A DNA stretch of 64,000 nt from Anthoceros angustus. Its lineage: Eukaryota; Plantae; Anthocerotophyta. The position numbers and the translations under genes are program-made. The stretch covers positions 160,944-224,943 of the forward strand of contig VJWM01000250.1 of assembly GCA_010909165.1 (NCBI GenBank). Reading direction: 5' to 3'. Positions 1 through 13,240 of the stretch are shown piece after piece (positions within the stretch are counted from its first letter, which is position 1; every line of letters starts with the position of its first letter). Below the pieces are notes generated by a model. The model did not search any database. It saw only the letters and a list, made by a program, of their open reading frames with translations, and had not been told where the DNA came from.

Positions 1-415
1 TGACGCCCAGAAATAGATGTGGAGAAATGTTTAGTGTTTTGGGATGGAGGTATGTGAGTGAAAAGACGACAGTAGGCAGTGGTTTGGAACCTACGACGAC
101 ATTCCCATGTATACACAAAGCATGGATTCTTCCCCACCCCGTCCGCCTCGTGATATGTTAATGACCGCTTCCGTCACTGCGGCAAGGGCTGCCCATGTAC
201 CACCCCTTCCTACATTTCTGTGGATGCTGCTGTTTCCCAACCTTGTAGTATCCGTAGGAATGCATCCTATTGTGAGCAGTAATTACGCGGGGCGCATCAC
301 GTCGGCCATGAACAAAGTTGCTCGAAAGGGTGAGATAGGTATGTATACAGAAACCCGTCATCCATGTAGTCCCACAGGAGTGGAGGAGGGATGGTGACGG
401 GGTCGCTGGTCACAG

Positions 416-3400
416 TCTGGAAGACCACATGTGCACTAACCCCGCCTCCCAAGTGTCGATGAACGATTTTTTTGTTTTGATGTGTTAGAATAGCAAAAGT
501 GCTTTGAGAATCGCCCCGAGTCGTCTTTTATACGGAATGGTCCTTGGCCCTTGGAGATAATAATAATTTTCGACCTTAGGTTTGACCCCGCAGGGTGGTA
601 GAAATAGAGTCCTTGGGTATTGGGAATTTTAGAATAAAAGGTGTCTATATATGCTAGGGATGCTCACAATATGCCACGCTTGAGTAGTCAAGTGGGTGGT
701 GGCTAGTTCCACCACGGTGGCCGAGAAACGGACGCATGCACTGTGGGGAATTTACAACCCTAGTGGCGGAGCGGGACTACCACCGGAGCGCAATCGAGAA
801 GGGCACACCCAAAGACTGCGAGGTCGCGACTTTCCGTGAGGGGCCGGAGCGGAGCCAAGAAGAGGGCGCGCACAACCACGCCAGCCAACCGCCTCATTGC
901 AGGAGGAAGGGCGCGACGATCGACAGGCGGCGCGGAGGAGAGAAATCGGCCGCAAGTTCGCGAGGAGCGTGGAAGGAGCGCGAGGGCGGCTCGATTTTTT
1001 TCCGACTAACTGCAGGGTAGTCGAGGTTTTGTTTTTGGGAAACAACGAGAAGGAGATGGCGCCCGAGCCGCGTCAAATCTCACTCACGCAGGGCCCAACA
1101 TGGACCATCGGAAAGTGAGAGCCGGCAGCCCGTGCGTGAGCCGGGTCAAGTTCATGGAGAAGAAATGGTGCTACGATACCGCATTGGTGCAAGAGTGCGC
1201 CAATTAAGGACCAAGTCGCAAGAGGGTGACGCGAGGAAAAGGCCGCAACTGGATTTGGCCCTCTTTCGAGCAAAGGGGCGAGAAGCATCAAGATGGGAGC
1301 TTGGTGATTGACCGAAAGAAGACCTTGAGAGCCGCAGCGCCGCCATGAAGCCTCGGGAAGTGAGAGTGAACAATGGGTGACTCGCCAACTCGTGTCTGCA
1401 AATGTGGATTGGCCAAATGGATTTTGTGTTTCCTACGTAACCTAAGTCGGATCATATGGCGGATCACTTCTTGGTTTTTCTTCACGAGGTGGTCAAGGGT
1501 ACACAAATTGATTGGGGAAGGATGATTTTCGAAAGAGCCTGTGAGGAGAAGGCGAATTTACTCTCTCTTCCCTCGGCCCTCCTTGATTTCGCCTTTTCCG
1601 ATTCATGTATTTGCCCGGGTGGTTGAAGTTGGTGTCCGCCCGCATGGTTGGAAGCGTGGAACTCAAGGTAGAAGAGGAGGAATTTAAGGAGGATTCGCAA
1701 GGATTCCAAGCTTGGGAATGCTCCCTCGAAGGTTCTAAGAGGGTGGGAAGTTTCCAAGGGTAAGAAGCGAAGGGAACGGCCGAACGGGGTCGAAAAGGGG
1801 AGGACAGCATAGAGGAGGAACCCAGCCACACCTGTGGTCACCAGTCAAGACTACAGCAGAACGCTGGTAAAGGAGGAAAATAAAAGGAAATGGCAAGTTG
1901 CTCCCTCCTGTGCAGGATGAACGCCGCTAGGGAGAATGAAGCGGGGGAAGAGGCAAGGGCACCAACCCCTAGGAGAGGAGGGGTTAACTTCACAGCCGAG
2001 ACCGCAACGGAGCTCCGGACATTTTTGGCGACATTTCACCGAACCGTCTGGCCGAGGTGGGGATAGAGACACCGTCGCGAGAATTGTTGTGGAGGCGGAT
2101 GGGCAAAGGGACAGCCCAATTTGGGGATTTGGTGGTTTGACTGCCATGGCGACGCAGCGGATCTCCTCGATCAAGCAGCCCATGGCTCTCACAGTGTGCA
2201 AGGCCAACAGGAGAAGTTGCTCAAGGAGAAGTTGGAAAGCCCGAAGGCGAGAGCAAGGCGGCCGAGGAGCGCAGACGGAGTGCGGGCGCCTTATGCAAGG
2301 CATGCAGGGACATGTCCACTCAGCAGAGGCTTAGTAAATCAGTCAAGGGGCGATGCTACAATTGAAGAGCTTCAAGATGAGGTCTCATGAGTCCAGTGAG
2401 AAGCGTGGCGTGGAGAAATTCAAGAAGTCATGAGAGGTACAAGCGGAAAGAGACGGTTAGGGCCGAGTCAAGAGAGAGGTGGCCAAACCAAGAAAGGCCG
2501 AGCGACCACCGCAGGAGCCAAGCAACCACCGGGAAGAACCACCACGGTGGCTAAACCACCACGTGGAACGGGAACCGAGGTGGGGAAGTCACCGAGGAGT
2601 GTCGCAGATGGAGGATGATCCGGAGAATCAACAGCCTGTGGATTGTCCACGGAGGAGAGGGTAAGGACCTCATCGGGGCGATTGTGCCCGGATGAGGATG
2701 CTCATGTCCCCGGCCGCTCGCATGGTGAGCGTGCTCACTCTAAACGCTATGTGGTTGTTGGGGAGGGGCGTAAACCACCGGGTCAGACATCTTGACCGCC
2801 ACAGCGCTACTGGTTCCTTCGAGAGCGGCGCCTATCCTGTGGTGCCGGAAGAGATGAGCGAGGCGCAGCGAGCATGGAGGGAGGAGCACGTATGGTTGTC
2901 CAAATGAGGAGAGAGGGACAATGGACATAGAGTCACAGGAAGGCGCGAGGGAAACTCAAAAGGAGAGTGAGGTGGAGGTTGTGGGGAAAATGATCAGGCG
3001 AGGCCAAGAGCGAGAGGGGTCCCCATGGGCCGAGGGGCGAGGCAAAGAATGAGGCGGCACTGATTTTAGGGAGTCGCGATAGCCTAGGACCGGGTTTTTC
3101 GTAGGATAGGGAGTTCCATCACCGAGAGTCATGTTGCTTAGATTGGGCGCCGTGGTAGAGCTACAATTTTAGACACTAAGAGAAGTGAGCGTGTTGGACC
3201 ATGTATAAGAGACCCTTTGGGTGTCTCTCAAAGACGATTTCGTGTGTGAACTTCCGTGTATCGAACCGGGGTTGATTGAGACGCCGTCAAGATCAAACGC
3301 GGGCGCACCGCCTTCGTCACAAGAGAGGCCGGAAGATCTCGGATGGTCGAGAGCGAGTGGCCAAGCTCCACGCCGGGGGTAGAGCGCCGAGAAGGGGCGG

Positions 3401-3960
3401 GTTGGAATCGAAGGCGAATCGAAGCAGTGAAGGGTTTCTCTTCCTCCCTCCTTCCAACGCTGCCCACTGTGTGTGTTCATTCCATGAGGAGGGGAGGGTG
3501 GCCTGTGGTGAGGTCTGTGGCCCAAGGGAGAGGGGTCTGGCGGTGAGAGGTTCAAGAAGGGGAAAGGCCTGAGGAGAGTGGTTGAGCGGAATAGAGAGGG
3601 GGAAAATGAGAGAGTGAGGGGGAAGGAGCGTAGGATCGCAGAAATTCGGAAGTGAGCGTAGGAGGGAGTGAGTATGTGCGTGTGTGTCCCAAGCCCTGGT
3701 CCGAGTGGAGTCAGACACGCGGCGCCGCGGGGCCTGCTGGTTGAGTCAACACGCGGTGGCGAACGCCACCACGCGAGTCACCAGGGTGAGTCTCCAGTGG
3801 GTTTGGAGAGTGGTGGGTAGGGTAAACGCGTAGGTCTAGAATCCATAGAGATTAGCACATCTTGACACAACACCATTCCCTTGGGATCGAATCCTAGGAC
3901 TATAACGACATAGAGGGTAAATGTGGCCTCTTTGCCTTTGGATGCAAAACCCATTCCACA
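416..3960 (+). repeat. 5' LTR (~3.5 kb) of copy 1
   Basis: Starts t(c)tggaagaccacat (other copies tgtggaagaccacat) and ends ccattccaca. TGTGGAA/TTCCACA inverted termini. Colinear with 9620-12980 and 21111-24911. Confidence 0.9.
1056..3087 (+). pseudogene. Frameshifted ORF inside the LTR: helical plant-TE accessory domain followed by coiled-coil/charged region
   Basis: ATG at 1056. Peptides recur across LTR copies: MEKKW, HEAWEVRVNNG, VFLHEVVKGTQIDWGRMIFERACEEKANLL, QQEKLLKEKLE. End inferred from the GVAIA* stop in copy 2. Confidence 0.65.
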
Positions 3961-3963
3961 TTT

Positions 3964-3976
3964 TGGCGCTGGGAAT
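3964..3976 (+). promoter_or_regulatory. Primer-binding site, tRNA-Asp-like (Athila type), degenerate
   Basis: tggcgctgggaat lies 3 nt after the LTR CA. The copy at 14530 reads tggcgctgccggaat. Both resemble the Athila PBS tggcgccgttgccgggga. Confidence 0.65.
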
Positions 3977-4046
3977 GAAACTCAAGGTTATAGGGGACTA
4001 ACCATAGCTTAGGTGTCTAGTTTTGGAGTGTATCTAGTTAGGTAGA

Positions 4047-7000
4047 TGGATGCCACGTTGAGTCGAGGGTTCGAGTCAAGTCGAGGGAAAGCCGCCAAGC
4101 CAACACGCCAAGGGAAAGGTTGAAAAGGGTTGCAAACCGCGAGTTGAGGAGGGGTCCAATTGAAGACGACCTGCTGGAAAAAGAAGGTAGATCAACCGAC
4201 GGGGTCCGATCTTGTTGGAGCAAGATCCCAACCTCGGACTTGGGGTACCACCGCCAAGGACCTGACCAATTCCAACCGACCTCTTCCAAAAGTGTGTGTG
4301 AGATCAATCGACCCCAACAACCCGTGGAACCGTTGAGTCACCAACCACCAACATAGCCGTCATGTCCACCACCACCGGTGGTGGTCACCACCAAGCAACC
4401 TTACCTCCATGGGAGAGGGAAGGGGTATGAAGACCCGATGAATTTGTTGAGCGCTTTGAGCAACATTTGCAAAACCAGAAGTAGGAGATGCACAACAGAT
4501 TCATTGTTCTATGGAGTTCTTCGGGGTCCATAAGTGGTATAGGCGATACCTCAAGTTAGCCACACCTCCAACCTATGAAGAAAAAACCGCCTCGAGAAAG
4601 GTTTAGGGGCGACGTGGATATCGTGTTGTCCAAGCTTGAGAGGAAAGAGAAGGAAACCTTGCAAGCTATGTGGAGAGGTTTCACACCACGCGATCAAGTG
4701 GCCTCATTCGAGCAGTGCAATACGGTGGTTCGCTAAAGGCCCGGGTTCTAAGATGGGGGGAAGGTTACAAGCGGAGAAGAATTTGGGCAAGGCTATCAAG
4801 GCGCTAAACTATGAGGAATCCAACCCGCAAGGGAGGAGGAAGGCTAAGAAGGAGAAGAAGAAGCCTGAAGAAGAAAAAGAAGGGATTCATCCTCCCCAAG
4901 GAAGTTCAGGAGCTGTAAGATTCCACGAGTTCCTGAGGAGGAAACGAGTGATGGAGGAGGAATCGCCATGAGGGTCAAATGGAAAAAGAAAAAGAAGGCG
5001 ACGTGGATGGAAAGGACAAGGAGTGCAAGGCAAACAGAGGCGATGTATGCAAAAAGGACGGAACAAAGTAGAAGGGAGGCCGAGGTAGCCAAGAAAGTAG
5101 AACAACAGGGAACAAGATGGAGGAGATGATGGCAAAATTCGAGAAATTCCATCTTAATGCTCAAGGAACATGAGAGGCGAGAGTCACGAACCCACGAGCC
5201 AACCTCTTCTGCTCAACGGTGGGCAGCAGGACACTCCAAAGCTAATTGTCCGACGACAAGGGTACACCGCCGGATATGAGGAAGAGGAGGAAGAGGGTCC
5301 GTGGAAGATACCGATCCGTGGAGGTTCACCAACCCAAGTGTACCCAAAGACCATGTACCCGGCCAACCCACGAATTCCACGGGTAGGCGTCAGAATCACA
5401 AGGGGCAATAACACCAATGGGCACCGCCTTGTGCTACAATTGTCGCAACCTTGACACTATGCTCACAATGCCTTATCCAACTCAAGGCAATGGAGATTTT
5501 GATAAACTATGTCAAGATTAGCAGGGCATTTGGCGGTGAAGTGTGCTCGCCAAAGCCCCAGAAGACGGTGAGGATCACAGCCCACCCGAACGGGAGTTCA
5601 CCGACCAAACCCAAGTCCGGTCCGCCATGCATGTTGAGGATGCACTTATGGCGGTATGGGAGGATGCCGAGATTGGAACCCCGAGGAGCTTGAGGGATTA
5701 GACAGAAGCGATTATTATGGGGAAGCCTCCGCCATGGTCGTTAGAACAAGGAGCACAAAAGCAAAAGAGAGGCGACGTGGGGAAAAAGAAGAAAGGAGGC
5801 GGATACGACCACGGATCGGATGAGGGAGAGAGTGTCGCCACCATGGAAATACCAACACCAAAAGATTTAAAAAAAACAAGTCCCGCAGTGACTTGGATGG
5901 ACCATATGTGCAAAAGAGTGATGCAGACATTGAGTGTTCCAATGCGGAAAGGTGAATGAAGGGTCACGACGAAGCGAAGGGGTGGAACCCCACCGATTTC
6001 AGAGAAAGTTACCGAACCGAGTTAGGGTTTCCACCGACGACGGGGAAGTCATGGATATGATACAAGAAGAATTGGCAAGGAGGCTACGAAAAGGCGGGGT
6101 GTCGATTTCCACCATGTGGGAGTCCACCACCCCACCGAAGGGCCACCGTACTCAAGTCATGACGAACCGGAACCCACACCAACCAAACTCGGATGGCGAA
6201 GCGGGCCACCGCTTTTCAATCTCGCCGAGGCCATCATGGACCAACATTTCATGATCACATTGACAACTCCTCCGAGACAATCCGCGTATAGGCAATGATC
6301 GAGGGCGTTAAAAGAGGCGCAACCCAAAAGAGGCGCAATGTTCCTTTCGCCATGGTGAACTTGGTATCCATGGTGGATCAAGGCCCACCAACCTGTGGAA
6401 ATTTCGGATGTGTCATTAAAGGAGTGCCTCGACACGGCCTGTAAATATTATGATGTAAGACACGGCTAGGAAATTGGGCTTGATATTGAACATACTACCA
6501 AGGTTTTGAGGCTGACATGTCCGTAATGGTGCCGTGGGGAACCGACAGTAACGACCATTGGAACCATCCCACTACTTGATTATGTAGTCATCCAAAGAAA
6601 ATCGCCAGTACGGCCCCTAATTGGCCGAACATGGATGTACGATCGCAATGCACGCCAAGGAAGTCGGTTTTAAACCGCTGGAATGGGATCCCAAGACCAA
6701 GGAGGGAAGGATGTGCCTATCGTGGAGTAAGGACATGTATGCAGTGAAACTCCAATCAAAATGTGGGCTGAGGAGGACACCGGAGAGAGAAGATAGGTTC
6801 CTCGCAACACATCTCAGGGTCGTTACGGTAACAATAAACTCCGCAAGGTAATCCGCCGGATCCCAAGTTGAAAGCAGAGAAGCGGAGCTACGCAGCTCAC
6901 GCCGGAGGATTTGTTTAGGGAATGGGGCATGAGAGAAGAGGAATGGAGCCGTAAGAAGGATTCGGGTTAGCACCGCACGAGAGCGCGAGTGGGTACAGCA

Positions 7001-9583
7001 TGAAGTCAAGGACGTTGAGGTTCTTCCAGGAAGGTGCTCAAATTCTCCGTAACAATGGATGCGGCGTTGGAGGAAGGAATGAAGCAACAATTCATCGAGC
7101 GCCGAGGTAGACATGAAGGGATCCCCAAAGAATGGGCGAGCATAGGATTGACTGGAACCGTGAGCAATCCGAAGGATTCCACAAGACAAGTTAAACCAAG
7201 TACTCCTCAAGGTAAAGGATCGCTTGGAGATGTCAAGGCGGACGTGATCTATCCTATAGTCAATACCGAATGGGTGGCTCCAATAGTGGTAGTACTAGGC
7301 GCCTGTGCAAAATCCGAGTTTGTCGACCGGAGAAGGTTGAATAAGGTCACCAAGAAGGATCACTTTCCGCTACCCTTCATCGATAATATCCTCGGATCCG
7401 TCGCAGTGTAATGGCGATTCATTCCTAGACGGTACTGGGTATAATCACCGCACCTTAGGGAGAGCGATTGGCCTCGACCGCTTACAACCGATCGGGGACA
7501 TATGCTTACAAGCGCAGCGATTTGGGTTGACGGAGCACCGGGTCCTTCATGCGAGCCATCACAAAATTTTCAAGGACTTCCTCCGACTTTATGGAAGTTT
7601 TCCCGACTACAGATGGGGCCGCAAGGACCATCCGCCGCACCTCCGGCGTTCGGAGCGCCGTCGAGCAACGCAATTATGCCTCGCATCCGTAAAAGTGCTA
7701 CCGCATGTCAAGGAATTCGCTAGCATCAATTTCAAGCCGAGGTATAGAAGTAGATCCGACAAGGTAAAGGTCATCGCCACCCTTAGAGCACCAATAACGC
7801 TAAAGGAACTCCGCGGGTTCCCCGGGATGGTTTGCATTATAGACGCTGCTCCAAATTTCGCCAAGCCGCCCACTAACGAGCTTGTTAAGGAAGGATGGAG
7901 TGGGAATGGACGACGAACGGGAGGAAGCATGTGACTTACGCACCACATCGCTACAGCCCCACGCTAAAAGGACCGGATCGGAGTAAGAAGTTCCACGCTG
8001 CTGATGTTTCAAAGATTTGCAATTGGGTCCCCCCAGCACGGATGAGAAGAAGAAGGATTTTCCGATCTACTATGCCGAGACAACTAACGGACGCGAACGA
8101 AAGTATACCACCACGGAGCGCCAATCGGGAATGGTTTACTCGGTCGAAATTACACTACCTCCTCTCGTATGAATTTGTGTTCCATGTTGACCACTTTGCC
8201 TTGAAACACCTTGTGAATAAACCCGACCTTTCGGACGACGCATCACTGGATCTTGCCGCCTGTGAGTTTACCTTCTGGGAAACGAGAGAGGTAGGAAGCA
8301 TATCAATGCCGACTTCATATCTCGATTGAAAACAGGAAGGTGGGGACCAGAAGACGACTTTCCGATGAGACACTTTCTAGGAGTTAAAACCAACGAGTGA
8401 AGCCCGCCGAAGGAGGAGAGCCGATCGATTGAGAAGGGAGGTGGCTTCTAAGACCAACATATCGAGATATACGATTATCTTGGCACGGGCCAAATTCCTC
8501 CACATCTTTCCAAGACATGATTCAAAGCGTTTGTCCACTACTCCGCACTATTCACACGGCACAATATGAATTTATACCGAGTCATCCCGACGGCAGGAGC
8601 GGTTATGGGTACGCACTCAAGTGAGCGAGTCCCGAGCTCTTTACACGAAGAAGAGGCGGAGGTCATTATGCCGCATGTCACATGCGTGAAAATTTTGAGG
8701 TCGGCTATTGGTGGCCTACAATGTACAAGGATGCCAAGGAGTTCGTGAAGCGCGACGCTTGCCAAAGGGTCGGCAAGCCAACAAAGAACAACCCAATGGC
8801 CCCTTGTCCCCATACTTGCACCGCACCATTCGAGAAATGGGGAATCGATTTTGTCGACCCTATCCACAAAACCAAGGCTCGCCAAAACCAATACATCCCG
8901 TGGCCAGACATCAGACGGATGGTAGAAGCACGTGCATCGCCGGTAGATTCGCGCACGCCGTCCGCGATTCTGCTCGAGCAAATCATCACCGATATGGTCG
9001 TCACCGGAGCCGCCGATGAGGAACACATTTCACAATCGTAATCTCCAACATGACCAACCACTTCAACGTCAGCTGTGAAGTCCACGCCTTTATAACCCAA
9101 AAGCCAATGGCCGAAAAGGCAAATGGCTTGTTGTGCAAGATCCTAACCAAACTCACCGGCTATGCGTATGATCGATATGAAATCGCATTCAAGACTGGGC
9201 ATTGACCGGAAAAGTGACAACGCAAAGAAACCCAGACATCTTACTTACGGCATTCATGCCAATAGAATTCAAGTTCCCACCGAGAATACAGAACCAAGTC
9301 GAATGCCAAGGAAAGTCATTGAAAGGTTGGTGGGTTTCGACACACGAGAGAGAACAAGCCTCCAAGTTATGCGGATGTCCAAAAGGAGGAAGGACACAAA
9401 GAGATTGAAGCCAAGAATACGTTGTTCCCGGGATCCGCTTTACTATACGATAACCGATACATGCATTTGTAAATTACATCTCGATGGATGGGGCCCTTCG
9501 TAGTTTCGAAGACAGATCAATTCAACTCCAAGATTTTAGTGGCTCACCGCCAACGCCAACGCGGGTCAAGAAATATTACTAAT
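4047..9583 (+). pseudogene. gag-pol (zinc knuckles, protease, RT, RNase H, integrase), heavily frameshifted
   Basis: IYPIVNTEWVAPIVVV; KKDHFPLPFIDNIL; HYLLSYEFVFHVDHFALKHLVNKPDL; PFEKWGIDFVDPI; C-terminal KLHLRWMGP. No chromodomain. Confidence 0.88.
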
Positions 9584-9607
9584 AAGTTGGCGAGGACGCC
9601 AACAAAT

Positions 9608-9619
9608 GAGAAGGGAGTA
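9608..9619 (+). promoter_or_regulatory. Polypurine tract
   Basis: gagaagggag immediately before the LTR start tgtggaag. The same arrangement occurs at 21098-21110. Confidence 0.85.
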
Positions 9620-12600
9620 TGTGGAAGACCACATGTGCACTAACCCCGCTCCCAAGTGTGAACGATTTTTTTGTTTTGTGTTAGAATAGCAAAGTGCTTT
9701 GAGAATCGTCGAGTCGTCTTTTATACGGAATGGTCCTTGGAGATTAATAATAATTTTTCGACCTTAGGTTTGACCCCAGAGGGGGTAGAAATAGAGTCCT
9801 TGGGTATTGGGAATTTTAGAATAAAAGGTGTCTATATATGCTAGGGATGCTCACAATATGCCAGAGTAGTCAAGTGTGGTGGCTAGTTCCACCACGGTGG
9901 CCGAGAAACGGACGCATGCACTGTGGGAATTTACAACCCTAGTGGCGGAGCGGGACTACCATGGAGCGCAATCGAGAAGGGAAGGGCACACCCAAAGACC
10001 GCGAGGTCGCGACTTTCCGTGAGGGGCTGAGCGGAGCGCAGAAGAGGGGCGCATACACCACGCCAGCCAAATGGCTCACTGCGGAAGAGGAAGGGCGCCG
10101 GAGGAGGCGTGAAGGAGCGCGCGAGGGCGGCTCGATTTTTTTTCTCACCGTAATCGCAGGGTAGTCGAGGTTTTGTTTTGGGAAGACAACGAGAAGGAGA
10201 TGGCGCCCGAGCCGCGCCAAATCTCACTCACGCAGGGGCCCAACATGGACCATCGGAAAGTGAGAGAGCACGTGTGAGCCGGGCCTCAAGTTCATGGAGA
10301 AGAAATGGTGCACCCGCATTGGTGCAAGAGTGCGCCCGCAATTAAGGACCAAGTCGCAAGAGGGTGACGCGAGGAAAAGGCCGCAGACTGGATTTGGCCT
10401 CTTCGAAAGCAGTGTAAGAAGCATAAGATGGGAGCTTGGTGATTGACCCCAGAAGAAGACCTTGAAACGGCCGCGCCATGAAGCCTGGGAAGTGAGAGTG
10501 AACAATGGTCGGGTGACTCGCCAACTCGTGGTTCGTGGTGGGGATTGGCCAAATGGATTTTGTGTTTCCTGCGTAACCGAAGCGGATCATATGGCGGATC
10601 ACTTGGTTTTTCTTCACGAGGTGGTCAAGGGTACACAAATTGATTGGGGAAGGATGATTTTCGAAAGAGCCTGTGAGGAGAAGGCGAATTTACTCTCCTT
10701 CCCTCGGCCCTCCTTGATTTCACCTTTTCTCGATTCATGTATTTGCGCATTCGTGTGTTTAACGAGTTGAAGTCGCGGTCCCCGCATGGTTGGAAGCCGT
10801 GGAACTCAAGGTAGAAGAGGAGGAATTTAAGGAGGATTCTGCAAGATTCCGTGAAGTTGGGAATGCGCCCGAAGATCTAAGGAGGGTGGGAAGTTCATGG
10901 GCAAGAACGGAAAGGGCAGCACCCTCGAGAGGGGAAGAGAAGGGAGACACCAACAGGGAGGTTAACCCACACCAACCGTACTGGTGGGGATAGGATCAGA
11001 CACAGAATTGGAGGCGGATGGGCAAAGGGACAAATTTGGGATTTGGTGGTTTGACTTCGCCATGGCATGACGCAGATCTCCTCGATCAAGCCCATGGCTC
11101 ACCGCCGAGTGTGCAAGGCCAACAGGAGAAGTTGCTCAAGGAGAAGTTGGAAAGCCCGGAAGGCGAGAGCAAGGCGCCGAGGAGCGCAGACGGAGTGCGG
11201 CCTTATGCAAGGCACAGAGCGTTAAGGCACATGTCCACCCAGAAGCTTTAGTAAATCAGTCAAGGGGCGATGCTACAATTGAAGAGCTGATGAGGTCTCG
11301 CGAGTCCAGGAGTGGAAGCGATGGCGCCTTGAGAAATTTCGGGGAGAGATACAAGCGGAAAGAGACGAAGCTAGCCGTAGTCAAGAGAGAGGTGGCCAAA
11401 CCAAGAAAGGCCGAGCAATGCCACCGCAGAGCCAAGCAACCACCGGGGAAGTAACCACCACGGTGGCTAAACCAGCCACCGCCGGAACGGGAACCGAGGT
11501 GGGGAAGTCACCGGCTGGAGTGTCGCAGATGGAGGGATGATCCCGAGAATCAAGCAGCCGCCTGGATTGTCCACGGAGGAGAGGGTAAGGACCTCAGATC
11601 GAAGGGCGACAGTTACGGCGTCCGGATGAGGATGCTCATGTCCTGCCGCCGCATGGTGAGCGTGCTCACTCTAAACGTGTATGTGGTTGTTGGGACAGAG
11701 GGGCGTAAACCACCGGTCAGACATCTTGACCGCCATGGCGTGCCACTGGTTCCTTCGATAGGAGCGGCGCCTATCCTCCGCAAGTGGTGCCGGAAGAGAT
11801 GAGCGAGGCGCAGCGAGCATGGAGGGAGGAGACATGGTATGGTTGTCCGAGGAGGAGCGGACAATGGACATAGAGGTCACAAAGGCGCAACGTCCGCGGA
11901 AGGCGCGAGGGTCAGCAAAGGAGAGTGAGGTGGAGGTTGTGGGGAAAATCGCTGATCAGGCGAGGTCAAGAGCGAGAGGGGTCCCCATGGGCCGAGGCAA
12001 GAATCGCGGAGGCGGCAGCGCTGATTTTAGGGGAGTCGCGATAGCCTAGGACCGGGTTTTTTCGCGAGGGATAGGGAGTTCCATCACCAGAGTCATTGTT
12101 GCTTAGATTGGTAAGGGCGCCGTGGTAGGAGCTACAATTTTAGACACTAAAGAGAAGTGAGTCGTTGGACCACGGATGTATAAGAGACCCTTTGGGTGTC
12201 TCTCAAGACGATTTCGTGTGTGAACTTCCGTGCATCGAACCGCAGGGGTTGATTGGAGACGCCTGTCAAGATCAAACGGGTTCGCGCACCGCCTTCGTCA
12301 CAAGAAGACCGGAAGATCTCGGATGGTCGAGAGCGGAGTGGCCAAGCTCCACGTGTAACGGTGAGGGGCGCCCAACATGCCGAGAAGAGGTAGGGTTGCG
12401 GAAAGTCGGGGTGAGATGAAGGTGAATCGCCCAAGCATCGACCGGGTTTCTCCTCCTTCCAACAAGCCGCCACTGTGTTTCATTCCATGAGAGGGGTCTG
12501 TGGCCCTGTGGTGAGGTCTGTGGGGGAAAAGGGAGAGAGGTCATGTGTGAGAGGTTCTCAAGAAGAGGGTGAGAGCGTGGGAAGGAGTGGTGTGAGGAAA

Positions 12601-12980
12601 CGCGAGTAGAAAGAGAGGGGGAAAGCGAGGAGGAGACGTGAGGGGAGGGAGGAGGAGAGTGAGGAAGTCGAGCAGGAGGAATTAGAGTAGATGTGAGTCT
12701 AGCGTGTGTGTGTAAGCCATAGACCCTGTCCGGAAGCCGGTCGAGTAGACTCCGCGAAGGCGGGGTGTGGGGGGAGTCAACCACGTGGCGAACGTGCCAG
12801 CCACAAGGTGGCCGAGTCTACCAGTGGTGCGAGAGGTGGTAGGGTAAGGGCCAGGTAGGTCTAGAATCCAGATTAGCACACCTTGACACAACACCATTCC
12901 CTTGGGATCGAATCCTAGGACTATAACGACATAGAGGGTAAATGTGGCCTTTGCGCCTTTTGATGCAAAAACCCATTCCA
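9620..12980 (+). repeat. 3' LTR of copy 1 (contains second copy of the LTR ORF, ~10200-12049)
   Basis: Colinear with 416-3960. Ends cccattcca, with the terminal CA dinucleotide missing. Confidence 0.88.
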
Positions 12981-13049
12981 TGTTCTAAAACCGGCTGAGC
13001 TAATACCGACGGTTTGCAATCGCAACAACAAGTGGTAACGGATGTCTTG

Positions 13050-13240
13050 TACACAAAGACGCACCTCACGTAATGTGCGTGATAAGCGTCAAGATCACTG
13101 TGAAGAAACGATATATCCGTCAGGTAATCAGAATAGGACTTGGTACATACAAAGACGCAAACTCCATGCCGAATGTGCGGGTGATAAGCGTCACACTCGT
13201 GAAGAAAACCTATATCTGTGGGTAATCAGAATAATAATAT
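13050..13240. repeat. Imperfect ~100-bp tandem duplication
   Basis: acaaagacgca...aatgtgcg(g)tgataagcgtca...gtgaagaaa...ggtaatcagaata occurs twice. Confidence 0.6.

Larger units (their letters stand above)
416..12980 (+). mobile_element. Ty3/Gypsy non-chromovirus (Athila-like) LTR retrotransposon, copy 1, degenerate
   Basis: Direct-repeat LTRs 416-3960 and 9620-12980, PBS after the 5' LTR, PPT before the 3' LTR. Internal gag-PR-RT-RH-IN motifs (TKKDHFPLPFID, PFEKWGIDFV, YWWPTMYKDA). No matching TSD seen. Confidence 0.9.

Noticed and set aside
1-415. Short ORFs at the window start
   Set aside because: No identifiable motif, and no TSD pairing with the downstream LTR ends.
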